NCBI RefSeq assembly: GCF_000150275.1
Contig: NW_002060948.1
Span: forward strand, 124,001 to 188,000
Reading direction: 5' to 3'
DNA length: 64,000 nucleotides
Source: Trichoplax adhaerens
Taxonomy: Eukaryota > Animalia > Placozoa
In this document: positions 13,401 through 27,559 of the stretch, piece by piece
How positions within the stretch are numbered: the stretch's first letter is position 1
Layout: the number at the start of each line of letters is the position of its first letter
Notes under the pieces: generated by a model
Seen by the model: only the letters and a program-made list of their open reading frames with translations
Told to the model about the DNA's origin: nothing
Databases searched by the model: none
Made by a program: the position numbers and the translations under genes

Positions 13401-15180
13401 CATATTTACAGTAATCATTGGAATATTATAGCATATTGCTAGTAATAATTTTACAATGATGGTAATAGGACACTTAATACAATGCTGTGTTGGTATGGGA
13501 AGCACGATCCAAGCACCGTAATTGTAGTGCCAAAATTTTTATTATTTGATAAAGAAACTATTCATTATGTACCGGAGTAAACGTAGATAAATTGTTGTAA
13601 TTATGCGATAATTATAGCATAGAAATATTGCAGTACGTTCCTAATAATAATTAATTAATATAAAAAAACTACTGAGACCCATAGCTTTGTTTTAATTCCA
13701 TAGAGTAAGTTTAATCTGAAGCATTCAACTTAGAATACATTATATATGAAGTTATAATCAGATAAAAGACATACAGTAAAATTTCATATGCATCTTTTAC
13801 TATTTATAACAAACTATTGTTCAGTGCTATAATAATTATAATGGAATCAATTAAGCTATCATAATTTTGCTCTAATGATATAGAGAAGCTCGGTCTGAGG
13901 TACTCAAGTCGGCATGTACCCTCGGCAATACAGCATGCATAGTTAATACAAGCCGTATGTTCTACGCATATATGCAAGATCCCATCAGAAATAAGTAATT
14001 AACTTTTCATGTGGTGTTCACTCATTATCTGGTTGATAGTATTACCTGAAACTAAATTTCTTCGTTGATTTAGAATACCAGGTAGTCTAAGAGAGGTTGC
14101 ATTCAGGACTGGAATAGAATATGGAAGTGTGCAAGAGTGGGATTTCGTATATAATATTTACAGAACAACTTTAATTCCAACGGAAAGATCTAGCGCATTT
14201 TATGCCATGTCTTTTCCTCGCGATCCATATATTATCAATCGGTATATTGATTATACCATTCCCGTATTATTTAATTTCCGCTTTTCTGCTTTAGAAAAAT
14301 ATTCTCCGATGAAATTGAACTAGCTCAGCACTATTTTTATTACAAATTAATGCTTTCATATTATTTTAGCTATCTACAATTTGCAACCGATCCAACAAAA
14401 ATAGATCCAAGTAATTCTATGACCGTCTTCGTTTTTCTCACTTTTAATCCTGTTGGTAGAGATTTAGTATGGGAATATGTTCGCCAAAATACAGGCTATT
14501 TTATGAATAGGTTGTTATATTATAAATATACGGGATTAAAAATCAACTAATCTTGTAAATTGATAAGAGTAATCTTCCAAAATAATTCCAAGACGCTAAA
14601 ACAATATCAATCCGTCCCTCTACAGATTCAAATCTACGAGGCCAATTGTCAATATTGCTAGCAGACGCTTAAATAGTCAATTTCGGTTAAACCAGGTAAT
14701 GTTATATTTGCATAATAATTTACCTATACGAGTATTACTGTATAACCCAAAGCCGCTTTATAGTCACTACAAATTGCTGTTACCACAGCTAATTGATCAA
14801 CTTTTAACTCTGCTAAGCTAGTCACATCTCTATAATTGGTATCTATGATGCTACTGATGTCCTATAGTCTGCTATAACAGATTTGATATAACAAGGGCGA
14901 TATTACTTCTCTATTTCACTTTTGAACATTCGCCTGATACTCAATGTAGATCTAGTGACTATTTATCGTACTTTATTTATTTATTTTGTTAGACCATTAA
15001 AAATGTTATCGTAATTTGTCGCAGGTAAAACAATTTTTTAAGGATCATCCAGAGTCAGGGCCAAATGCAGCAGCATCTGAAGCTCAAACTATAGCTGCAA
15101 TCAATGCCAATATCAAGTACTTAAATAAATATGGAAAAACGTTTTCGACATGGTTTAAGCAAAATATTAAGATGGATTAG
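7481..15180 (+). CDS. M1 aminopeptidase-like type II membrane protein, paralogue 2; intact 20-exon reading frame with degenerate active site (probable non-peptidase homologue)
   Basis: ATG 7481, TM anchor (LVTFIAVCVILIVTVGLITGLI), S/T stalk, [48 protein letters not shown] at 9662 replaces GAMEN; NEIAH-x18-E at 9770 replaces HEXXH; FDVITYSKG retained. Exons from 7481-8121, 8309-8496, 9074-9159, 9297-9417, 9633-9787, 9988-10101 through 15025-15180 (TAG) keep frame. Confidence 0.93.
11784..12315 (+). mobile_element. ~530-bp interspersed element, copy 1 (intron of aminopeptidase paralogue 2)
   Basis: Colinear with 51794-52314: TTGTAGAAAATTAGAA, GATAATCTAA, ATTATTATTAGTAACAAT, TATCCTAATATA, ATTACAGTTCTATTTTT, CCTTAATAGTA, TATATAGTCATCT, AACTACTAAATA.GTCTTAAGATA, TAATAGTCTA.AATC. 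Confidence 0.8.
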
Positions 15181-15619
15181 ATAATAATACAAATTTTCAC
15201 CAGTAGTTCATTTCAATTTCATGCCAGCATATTATAAATACTTGTCAATGCTTCTTGCTAGTTATAATTTGGAGCAAAAGCTATAATGTTGATGAATTTA
15301 TTAGACAAATACTAATAATTAAGGATTAAAAGATAGAGATACGGGTATATGGTTGCTTAATTTAATTGTAAAGGTTTCTCATAGTCGTAATTACTGTATT
15401 CATTAAAAATTTGTTGTGTTAAAAGCTTTTTGTCATACTTTATGAAGAAGAAATGATCAAAAATAATTACAGTAGTTTGTGCATATTAAGAACTGACCAA
15501 TTCCTGTTGATAACTAGTTTTACAGAACAATTGTATTACACGTATTTTTTAGTAGCGCATGCAATATCATATTTTAATTAAGGAGGTTGTCATAGTTAAG
15601 ATAGATAATCTATGCGCCC

Positions 15620-15862
15620 GTATTTTGTAGCAGCTTACCACGTTGTATCTATATGATACGTGCTTCAATTCGTTGTAGCATGCTGTATTAAAAATTACAT
15701 GATTCATGTATTTATATTTGTAGAAGCCTACTATATTGTTTTTGTGAGATGTATCCGTTAATTCGTTATAACGTACCATTATAGAATCAGATAATAATAT
15801 AGAATTTATTTACGCATATTTCTAGAAGCCTACCGCATTGGATGTATGTGATATATAGCTAG
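15620..15862. repeat. Degenerate ~100-bp tandem repeat, about 3 units
   Basis: TTTGTAGCAGCTTACC / TTTGTAGAAGCCTACT / TTCTAGAAGCCTACC at ~15623, ~15717 and ~15820. The first two units are followed by AATTCGTT. Confidence 0.55.
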
Positions 15863-18174
15863 ATATTGCATGAATCAGTAGCAAGTCTTACGGACAAGAC
15901 ACAATGTGTTGGATATTAAATTGGACCTTTTAACAAATACTCATATTCGCAAGAACTTAAATTGTCCTATTATCACTATATTTATTACTACAAATTAATG
16001 CTATATAAAGAAAAGATTTAAAATTTAAACGCAACACACAGCTTACACGAAATCCTAATTAAAACAGCTAGGATTAGTTAAAGATAAGGACATGATTACG
16101 CATCTAGTATCGAACATGATTTTAACAAGGCCCGCTACTGATACTCTAGGATAATGTGTTCATGAGTGTGCAGCTTAACAGGTTAATCAAGTACTTGAAA
16201 TTAACCAGCTGCATAGATTTAGTAGGCTTTGTTCAAATATGACCAATTTTAAATGAATAACTGTCGTTAAATAATTACCAATACACTGCTGCTTAATATT
16301 TGTTGATAAAATTGATCGATATCAAGTAGATTATAGTATATTTCCGAATCTACATGCTATACCATACCAAATAAAGCATACAAGGTGCACTCTTATCATT
16401 AATTTGAATTGATTGGATTGCATAATATCGAGCAGAGTATGATAAGGATATATATCACATTTACGTTTTTGACTTCAATAAAATGGTACTTTTTACGGAG
16501 AATGTATTAAATTGAGAAACTATAGAACGAAATAATCTTAATTACGCTATAAAATGTTTATATTCTCTTGAGACATCTCGTGCTTATAGTACGGTAGGTG
16601 TTTTGCTTATTCTACATTTAACACGTGATTACATCATATGCGATCATGAGTTCGAAAAGTCATAAATTACTAATTTTTGAAAATATGAGATTATTAACAG
16701 GCTCGAGATTGATATAACTGTAGGCGGGGTAAATACTTTAAACAACATCAATATTATTTTTGTTAGAAGCCCTCGCAATCTTATAGAAAATCATGAAAGG
16801 AAAAGCTGAAACTAAAATTTGAATATGAGAATTTCAGCGTTATTCCAAGTAGCCTTCGTATTATTTTCATTAGTTTAAGTGCTATATTTGTTGGCTTGCT
16901 AGGCGCTAGTTCATCGTAAGAGAAAAAAAATTAAAAATTAATCCTAAAATTGTATTACTGTAAAAACAATACAGTACCATATAATACACTGCTTGCTACG
17001 ACAATTGCAAGGATAGAATGTTTCATTTTAATTAACATATAAGTTTACGGTTATTTGAACAAATGATTGATATTTTGACATCACTGTCCATCAGCTTGTC
17101 AATATCGTTCTGATTCTGATAATTATTAAACACTAGCTGTAATATTTGAAAATACGTATTACTCCGCCCTTTCTTATTTTCAATTGTTTAGTTGATGAGG
17201 AGGATCTAAATCGCTAATTTAAGATAAATTCAACTTATAAGGTGGTACTACCATCATCTATTGTCACTGGTAAGACTTGAAACATTGACGTCGGGCTATT
17301 TTAGTTTCGTACACAATGCTAAATTAAATAAAATAAAGGAGATCAATAGCATATTTTGATTGGCAATCGCCAAAAAAATTCGACATTGGTCTAATTAGAC
17401 AATGAAAGAAACATTCTGGGACTGTAGAGGTTTAACTTGTTTGTTTAATTTACTAGGTTAAATTAATGACTAATAACAAAGTTATTGATGATGCATATGA
17501 TCAAATATAGTGGATAATAGTTTTTGAAATACAATATTGGTTCAATAAGTTGCTTTTCGACGGCAACATCCTAGACTTTACGGCTTATTACAAGTAAAAG
17601 ATTAGCCCTATAAAAGCCTTATTTTGCGTTGCGCATTATCTTAATCTAGCTTAAATTGGTGCAATCATTAAATTAACAGCAAAAATGCTTTTTCAGTTAA
17701 CAGTATTTGGATTATTAGCTATTCTATTAATTTAAGGAAATTAGACTGTTATCATACAGGTGGTATTATTACTCCAGTGATTTCAGTCAATTATAGAATT
17801 TGATCTTAGTGATTAAATCACAATTATAATTTAAATAATGAACTGGCCAATCCCTAAAGGTGAAACCGCAATGGCTCATGCATAAGATAAATACTCGTAT
17901 ATGCAAAATAACGATAGGAAAACAAATTAATTTGCATTTTTCTTTGATGACGGTAATCGCGTGGTTCCACATGTGATTAGAACATACTACGTAGTTTAAT
18001 GGTATGATTTGACCTCAATTATGTTATGCGCTTAACGAGCTCATTAGCATGATCTATTGTAGACAATATTAAAAATTCGATTAAACACTGCCAAAGTTCG
18101 CCGTGATAATCACTCTGGATTCTTTGTAGCACAGCGGCCATTTTACCATTTTTCTTAACTGATTTGAATCCATC

Positions 18175-21100
18175 ATGGCTAGTAAGGACGGAAAAAGTGG
18201 GGTATTCTGCTCGAATACTAAATTAATAATAACAATTCTTCTTGTCATCGGTTTAATTGTCGCAGTAGGCTTAATTGCTGGTTTAACTTCTCGTTCTGGC
18301 TCAACTGGCAATCAACAAAGTACTACTATGACAGTGACGCAACCTGTATCAACTACAGCTCCTCCAAAATATCCGCAATTAAATAACAGACGGTTGCCTA
18401 CTAATGTTAAACCCTTGAATTATACCTTCACTCTGGACATTGATATGACCAAATTAAGCTATAATGGAAACAATGTTATCCGATTCCAAGTTACTTCTCC
18501 TACAAATGTCATCATTGTTCACACTGATGGTATTACAGTAACATCAGCGCCAAAAGTAGCTAGTGATTCCACTTTTAGCAATACTTTCACTGTTTCGGAC
18601 TATGGCGCTCATACCCAGAATAATTATTACTACGTCGGATTGCAAAATAATTTAGCCGCTGGTATCTACTATATCCAGTTTATCTATACCGCAAATTTGG
18701 CTTCCGATTTGAATGGATTATATAAGTACCAATATACCAGAGCTTCGGATAGAGCAGTAATGTACGACTTTTTATGTTATGATTTTATTTTGCACGATTT
18801 CCTCACTCTTAAATTCCAGCATGAAGATAAATACAAAAATATGCATGAGTACATCAGTAAAAATCCAATGATTACAACATTTCACGAGTTTAGGATAATT
18901 TTTAAAATTCTACTACTTTTAAGGGATACTTTATTTTTGGATCAAATTAATACTTAAACTGTATTTCTTTATACTGCAGTTGGGGTGTTGCTAGCCAATG
19001 TGAGGACTTTTATGCGCGAAGAATACTTCCTTGCTTTGATGAGCCAGCCATGAAAGCTACCTTTACTACAACAGTCGTCATCCCAAATAACTATACCACC
19101 CTTACTAACATGCCAGTAACATCTACAACCGCTGTTGCTGGCAATAAGATGAGCTACAAGTTTCAACGTAAGTTACTACTTCATATTCATTCCATATATA
19201 CGCACACACGGCTTTATAATTTCTGGATGACAGTATTTTAATATATTATGTTGCTATTCCAAACATGTATCATATTTCAATATAGTATAGTATCATATAA
19301 GAGTAAGTTGCTTTCTCAATTTAAATTAATATTTACGCTTTTCGTAATGACATTAATGCTCTACTAATATATTAGTACAATTATTAGTAAATTACCTGAG
19401 TTTACAATTACTTACTGATTCAGCAAAATGTGCTGTAGATCTTGATCGTTCGAATACATTTTTTCAACTTATACATAATCAGTTTGCAATAGTATTATTA
19501 GTGACGATCTTAATTTTGTGTAGTATTTATATTTATTTATTTTGTAGTTCAACAATTATTTATATTTAAAAGATGATGCAGTTCAGTGCTATCGCGAAAA
19601 TTAGTGTCACGTTAATGATCCTAAAAGGGTTTTCAATTTGTTTTTGAAATTTAGCAACGGTCGTGATGTCTTCGTACTTGTTAGCATTCACAGTTGACGA
19701 CTTTGAGTCCGTTGAGGCTAGAACTGCAAGAAATACTCTCGTAAGTCGTTAAGAAAAAAATAGTGAATAACTGTAATTCCTATAAATAACAAATCGTATA
19801 GCAGGTTATTTGCAAATATAGAAACAGCAGTTTAAATATTAAAAATAATTCATCTTAACATTTATCTCCAATTATAGGTAAGAGTTTTTTCTCGTAAATC
19901 GATTAAGAATGATGGCATGTACGCTTTGGGTGCTGCAATCAACATTACAGAATTCTTTGAAAATCTCTTAGATGTACCATATCCATTACCTAAGCAAGGT
20001 ATAGCTGAATCTAGATTGATATCAATGTAACAATTATTTACCATTTCTGCTTTAACAAAATTTTGTATATATACGTTCATATATACTATAACTTTATCTT
20101 TCAAAGAAATTGCTAGTGTACATATCCAACGTAAACTTACCGCTATTATAGCTAAATTTTATATCCACGGGATATATTCATTATCTGTAGACCACGTTGC
20201 AGTCCCTTCCTTCGATTCTGGTGCTATGGAAAACTGGGGATTAATTTTGTATCGCGAAGAACTTTTGACTTACAATAAATTTTTGTCCTCAACATCTACT
20301 AAAGAGAGTATTACTACTATAGTAGCTCACGAATTGGCTCATATGGTACGTTTATTTGTAATATAGGTAAAAAATGTACCGCACATGAACTGAGAATAAT
20401 AAAGTAGTGAAATGTTTCCTGTATGCTGGTAATGATGAATTAAGTTTCAAATTTTAAATGCGTGATCTTTTCAACAGTGGTTTGGTAATTGGGTCACCAT
20501 GGAATGGTGGAATCATTTGTGGCTTAATGAAGGATTTGCTACCTTCTTTGCAGCTTATTCCGCTTCGTTTTATGCACCTACTATGAATTTGGTAGATATA
20601 ATTTAAATAATTATTGCAGCTATGATTACCGATCGATATTCATGTCGAAATAATGATTTCGATCTAATCATTTATAGACTTAAATTACTTTTCCATTTAA
20701 GATGTATTTTGTTAAATAGTAGTACTTTGTTATTCTATAACATGCCTCCCTGATTAGAAAGCCATACAGAGTTAAATCATAACGCTAATAACCGTATTGC
20801 GCCCTAGCGATGAAATATTGATCGATTTAATTTAATTTTTTCCTGTAGATGGCGCAATTTACCACTGATGATTTGCAAATTGGTCTAATTAGTGATGCTT
20901 CCGCATTGTCTCATCCTATTGTACCTCCAGCTCAGTATGGCCCATTCTTCGATCGTATAACATATCAAAAGGTATCTACCCGTGTCGATGGATACGCATA
21001 TAGTGCTATCGTTAAAGTTAATGCATTTTGAAATTTAATAAAATTAGTATAACGTTGTCTTTATACCGTAGCCTAAAATTACTGTTTAAATAATACATTT

Positions 21101-24100
21101 TGAAATATTCTTTATATCTACTAAATACTTCTTGGTGCCTCACTGAAAATGATTACGTCCTTCTATGTATCTAAATTATCGCTTTTTGATATTACATATA
21201 AAGTATGTTACAATATTCTAGATTTCGATGTCGAATAGGGGATAAGTTTTTTAATCTACCTAGCTTATGGTTGTGTAGTTATACCAAATCTCTAAAATAG
21301 ATATCTTAAACGATTCAATTGTACATACCGTAGCTTTGAAATATTGATACTGATTTAAATTGCAGTATATCATGATTATCTAAATTGACTGCGCAAAGTC
21401 TTGCACATTATCTAAGTATCGTATGAAAAGTTACGCATTTTGTGCACTGTAGTTACGGGTCAATTATGATTGGCAGGTTTTTGAGCTTATTTTAATTCAG
21501 TTTAATCTAATCTAAAATATGAATACAAAAGGAAGGTACCTCTAATTCAATCTTATACCATAGATGTAGATACTTGGCGTCAATTTCATTTATTGTAAAT
21601 ATTAAAGCATTTATGCAAGCGATGTTATTGCCATTTTTTGCTAGGGCGGCTCAATCCTTCGTATGTTACGTGATTATATGGGCCACGATGACTTTATTGC
21701 AGGCATTAAGGTTTCTACTGCTAGTAATTGAGCCTAAAAGTAGAAAAGAATTTTATTGTTTTAGTATTCTACAATAGAATATAATTGATATATATATATG
21801 TACATTTAAATTTATAATAATAACAATTAAGTCTTTCATATCACATTTTAGGCTTACTTGAAGAAATATAGTTATGGGAATGCCATTACTGATCAATTAT
21901 TTTCAACTATGACATCGGTAGGCATTTATAACGTTTACGAATTTAGTTTATTAGATGACAATACATGGTCACTAGATTTTAGATAGATCGTTGATCAAAA
22001 AAATCTGTATTTATAGACAATAATAATTTCAAAATGTGAGCTAAGCAAGCTACTGAGGTATTTTTTTTCGGTAGACGATTAATAATAGGATTAATGTCAC
22101 CGATTTCATTAGCTGTTGGATTTATCAAATGGGATATCCACTTATCACCGTTAAGCGCAGCTCATCCGCAAATTCCGGAGTATTTTCTCAAGCTCGCTAC
22201 TTAAGTAATAAGAATCTTGATCCTAATGTGGATCCTCCGTCCAATCCATATAAAGCTACTTGCGGGTAAATAAAATAAAATTATCATATTGATTCGTCTC
22301 ACTTTTGAAAATAAAAATCTTATGAAAACTTGTGGTTGACCATTGCGATTAGATTCTAAACCTTGCAAAAGCAACTTACTTAGCTGTTCATGTCTTGTTC
22401 TATTTGTGTACCCGTAGTTATAAATGGAATGTTCCGGTAACCTATTATACTGGCGATGCCCCATCTACGACTGTACGTAACCTCATGGCTAAAAGTGGTG
22501 GTATGTCATATATAACACTATCGACTGCTGTGACATTTATTACCGTAGATTATTTATAAAACTTGCTCTATAATTGGATGAAAAGCATTTCATTCAAAAC
22601 TGACTGAAGAACGCTTTATAGGAGATTTTAAAAATCTATTTTATTATAATAAGAGCTAAATTTATTTATACCATAAAAATTTTTAATTAGCTGATTTGAC
22701 CGTCAACTGGCCTGGAAATACATGGATTAAGGTCAATGCTGATCAAATGGGCTTTTTCAGAGTTAATTACGAAACCAGTAATTGGAATCAACTTGCTGCT
22801 GCTTTACAGGCTGATCATACGGTTAGTTCAGAAATGTTATTTATTAAATAATTTTATTGGGATAAACAAATAAATAAATAAATAAATAGATGAATCAAGA
22901 AATATAATTCTATGTTATCCTCTATTGCAATGTAATGTTTATTTATGAATCTTATGAGATTTTACTATACGAATACTCCTACTTTTTTATTGGAGAACAT
23001 AACAGTTAAAAATTTAAGGTTTTCTAGTGTTTTATACTTTAGCGTATTCTATTGTCATAAAATAAGTTTGAGAGTTATAGTAAAGTCCAGATTTACCGCA
23101 GACTTTGCTGTGTATGTCTCATGTAAAATGTAGAAGTAGTAATTGAAAAGAAGGTATCTTGTTCAGTATAGAAATGATAAAGTGGTTTATATCTTGAGAA
23201 TAAATAGTTGTAGATATTAAATAGAAGTCTAGATAATAAGTTAATAAAGCAAGTGGACGATTTTTGTACTGCAGAAATTTTCCAAAGCCGATATTGCAAG
23301 TTTACAAGACGATGCTTTCCCATATGCACAGTAAGTCAATATGAATGATCTTTAAAAGTATATTTCGAATAACTGGAAACGTTTTGGTTTGACACCGGTG
23401 TAACGAAAGCGATTAATGCTATTCATTGCTTTGATGTCATCTTATTCAAACTTGCATATGATTATACGGTGTAAAGTGCTACGAAAAAGTGAAAACGGTT
23501 TTATTCTACGAAATGCAAATTTTTAATTCGCTTCTATTTTAATTTTGAATAGAACTGATCGAATTAACTACTCTATTCCATTGAGCTTGACCAAATATAT
23601 GACAAAAGAAACTTCCTATTTGCCGTGGTTCATCACTAATATTTACTTCAGAACTATGGGCCGTCGTCTTTCTGGCAGAAAATCATATCAAGACTATGCT
23701 GTAATTCTAAACGATTGATATTCTACTTCAGATAACTGATAGATGTTAAATTATTTTGATATTTCAGTTAAAAGTGTTCGTAACTATAGCATACGATATG
23801 ATTTATCTGTAACATGTTACCTTTAAAAAATCTTTCGGTTTCTTTTTGATATTATGCTAGTTTAGTAATTTCATAAAGTAAAACTTATCATAATCAAAGT
23901 TTCACTTCGTTTGTATTGCTAGCAATACCACTTGAAAATTTTGTCACCTCCTGCAGATATTTTGGGAATGATGGATAGTGGGGATGATACAGAAAAGTAA
24001 GTTTGTACTGTCTAGATTACTTAAAATAAAATTTCATGTTGATTTAATACGGTAGATCAATCATACAATAGCACTTTTTAACTTACGGTTTTAATCTTAC

Positions 24101-25671
24101 GTAAGTACGAGTATATCGACGAATGATATTTCCTAATTAAAATTGTTTTGGCTAATTAATATTTACTTACTTGTTTTATTATAAATTTATAGAGAAGCTC
24201 GTGTTTCTGTTTTGGACTATGCTTGTTTCTTGGGCTATAGTCCTTGCTTGAGGAATGCAAGTATGATGTTCCAAAAATTCATGCAAGACCCTGTCGCTAA
24301 CAAGTAAGAATTGTTTAAATCATTTTGGATATCTGTGCGGTAGTAGAATAGTTTTAAAACGAAGTAAAATTATGTTATAGAATTTCTAATTAAAGCGATT
24401 ATATAATTGTCTACAATGTAGATTTTTATTTTTTAATTAATTCTATATTTGGATTAATACAGTATACCAGGTGCTATTAGAGAAATCGTATTTAGATATG
24501 GTATTGCTAATGGAGGTGTTAAAGAATGGGACTTTCTTTACAACATGTATAAGAACTCATTGAGCATCGCCGATCGATCTAGAATGTTATTTGCTCTATC
24601 ATATTCCCGCGATGATTGGATTTTGAAGAGGTGACTTTAGCATCTGATTATACTCGTATGCTCAATTTGGTTAATTCGAAGTCATGCATCGGTTAATTTT
24701 GAGATTGGCACCAACGGAAAATATCTAATAGCACAGTATACTAATAGAATTATTTTTTCGACGGTTTGCAACAAAATATAGATAAAACAGAGACAAATTC
24801 AATATATACAGTCTTCCATGTTAATTATTTAGTTTGATATCAGTCATATTTCTTGCCAAATATGTAATACCGGTAATAACTAGCAGATCATGAAGCTCAT
24901 AGGTTTTAGATGATCTTTATGCAGTATCTGTCCACTGTTTGATGAACATGCTAGACAAAGAAATATTTTCGTTCGATATTGCAATGTTTTCCTTGGTGTA
25001 AATTTTAAAAGTTGCTCATTTTCTTGGTAAATTTCTACCATTGGTGATTAGGTTCTTGGATTACGCTATTGATCCGACCAAGATTAATCCATCATCGACC
25101 ACAACGATATTTAGCTCTGTAAGTTTGAATCCTGTTGGTAAATACCTCGCCTGGGATTACGTTCGCCAGAATAAGAATTATTTCATACAAAGGTAAGGAT
25201 ATATTATAGGATTGGTTTTCATATTGCATTGATATAATTTACTTATTCGTATATTCAAGAGTATTGCTAGCCTGATGAAGAAGTTGTAGTTAATTAAAGC
25301 ATGACCATTCTCTCAATCTTGACTTTTCTATGCATTTTGTAATTATCATCTTAGGTTCAGATCTACCAGACCGATTATTCGTACTGTTACTCGTTTCTTT
25401 AATAACATATTTAGGCGTAATCAGGTAAGTTTATAATTATAATAGTTGATAGAGTTATTAGTGTGTTATAATGATTACCATGTGCTGCCAGTACACTGAT
25501 TTCATCACTAAATTATGTCAGGTACAACAATTCTTTGCTGAAAACCCAGAATCTGGTAGTACTGCTACTGCCTTTGAGAACGCAATAACCGGAACTATTA
25601 ACTTCAATATCAATTATCTACAAAAGTACGAAAAGACACTTTCCACCTGGTTTAAGGCGAATATGGCCTAA
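18175..25671 (+). CDS. M1 zinc aminopeptidase (APN/APA-like type II membrane protein), paralogue 3; canonical active site
   Basis: ATG 18175, TM anchor ([21 protein letters not shown]), S/T stalk, [31 protein letters not shown] (20220-20234), HELAH (20328-20342), [18 protein letters not shown]. Intron positions match paralogue 2. Stop TAA 25669-25671. Confidence 0.95.
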
Positions 25672-26970
25672 ATTGTAGTGCATATTTGTTAGTGTAGAGA
25701 TTTTGTTATTTAGGCTACAACTAAAAGTGGTAATTTCGCATTCTTTAAGCGAATAAAGAATAGTCTCGTATGCCCTTACTCTGTTGCTTGATAGGTAAAA
25801 TAAGTAGTCGTCGTTTTGTATAGCTGCTAACTATTTCATTAGTATTTGGAGAATGTAGCCAATGGGTTTGTGTACAGGTTACGCAGCTCTAACCCTAACC
25901 ATCGTATTACTGCAAGAGAGAACATTTCATCTATTTTTGTTACTGATTTAGTTTATTATTAATATGAATGCGATGTGATACAATTATTATACTAATATAC
26001 TCGTACGTTAGTGTGCGTTCAATCTCACTGTCTTCCATTCGAGTTTACTAGGTAGATAAATAGAATAAAGCTTTTAATTAAATCGGTACTATTTATAGGT
26101 ATTGAGAAGACAGAGTTAATAACAAGGGTATAAATTAATCACCTTGTGGGATTATAGTGTCCTATTTTGGTAAGGGTATAGTCTACAGTAATTATCGTTT
26201 CATAACCTTAATTCATAGTCTACGAGATACGAGAATTTATAGCAGTTTGATTGGAGCCGGGCATAGTACGAATTATCATGTTCCTAATCTAAACTAAAAC
26301 GATAGTACAATATACACTATCTGAGATGTATAACCATCGTTAAGCTACAATCGACCTAGTGAATCACTTACTAGTCACTAGTGATGGCAGTCCATGCACT
26401 AGTGCAGTCGATTCGTACAGCCGGATTCCCTGCCTAGGTAGTTTTATTTGAAAGTGCTGGAAGTTCCAGCCTTTCACCGAGCAGAGGATTTTACTCACAG
26501 TCATGAGCTCAAGTGGTAGAGATAGCCGTAAAGAAATTACCAATCATCTTTCCACTTTAATTTAATCTGAAATTACTTTCGTATTCACTGTGCAGTAGTT
26601 CAGAAGACTGCATTTTGTTAATCCACTCTACTACAATCTAGGAGTGAGCAATCTGCCTGGCCATGTCAAGTTCGAGATAGTTGATTTTATTGGTAGTTGT
26701 ACAACAGGATTAACTTCGATGGCAAGATAGCGTCGAAAATTTAAAGTGGCAATTTGTTAACACTCTTGTTCAAAATCTATATGTACAGGCTGAGTTATTG
26801 GGCTACATCTACATATAAGATGTAGCCTACTTTGGGCTTGATTTAGCTTACACAGTTTATTTTCCCTAGTGCCACCTAAGCTAATCGCGCTGTACTCATG
26901 ATATTAAGCGCGTGATCTGGCCATCAGTAGCAAGGTGATAATTCAGTCGCTTTCTCCCGACATCGATGAA

Positions 26971-27521
26971 ATCGTGCACTTTCTCTATTGCATTTCTATC
27001 CATGAAGAAGTAACTTGGGTTATTTTATAGCCGAATTCTTCTTTACCGTTTAATCGTGCACTTTCTATTTATGAAGAAGTAACTTGGTTATTTTACAGCC
27101 AAATTCTTCTTTACCGTTTAATCGTGCACTTTCTCTATAGCATTTCTATCCATGAAGAAGTAACTTGATTATTTAACAGCCAAATTCTTCTATACCGTTT
27201 AATCTTGCTCTTTCTCTATAGTATTTCTATCCATGAAGAAGTAACTTGGAGATTTTACAGCCAAGTTCTTCTTTACCGTTTAATCGTGTACTTTCTATTT
27301 ATGAAGAAGTAACTTGGTGGTTATACAGTTTAATCGTGTACTTTCTATTTATGAAGAAGTAACTTGGTGATTTTACAGCCAAGTTCTTCTTTACCGTTTA
27401 ATCGTGTACTTTCTATTTATGAAGAAGTAACTTGGTGGTTATACAGTTTAATCGTGTACTTTCTATTTATGAAGAAGTAACTTGGTGATTTTACAGCCAA
27501 ATTCTTGTTTACTACCGTTTC
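26971..27521. repeat. Minisatellite, 8 units of 50-82 bp, most units with an internal inverted repeat
   Basis: Core ATGAAGAAGTAACTTG at 27002, 27071, 27152, 27233, 27301, 27351, 27419 and 27469. Units begin with AATCGTG(C/T)ACTTTCT or a close variant. Confidence 0.95.
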
Positions 27522-27559
27522 ATGTTTTGATCGACCTAAACTTGATGATGTTCTTACAA

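Noticed and set aside
7481-15180. Calling aminopeptidase paralogue 2 a pseudogene
   Set aside because: All exons splice with GT-AG in frame and without premature stops; only the active-site motifs are altered.
25889-25900. Interstitial telomere-like CTAACCCTAACC
   Set aside because: Only two units, which is compatible with chance.
26971-27521. CRISPR-like array (palindromic repeats)
   Set aside because: There are no unique spacers: the sequence between cores is itself repeated. No cas genes are present and the context is eukaryotic.
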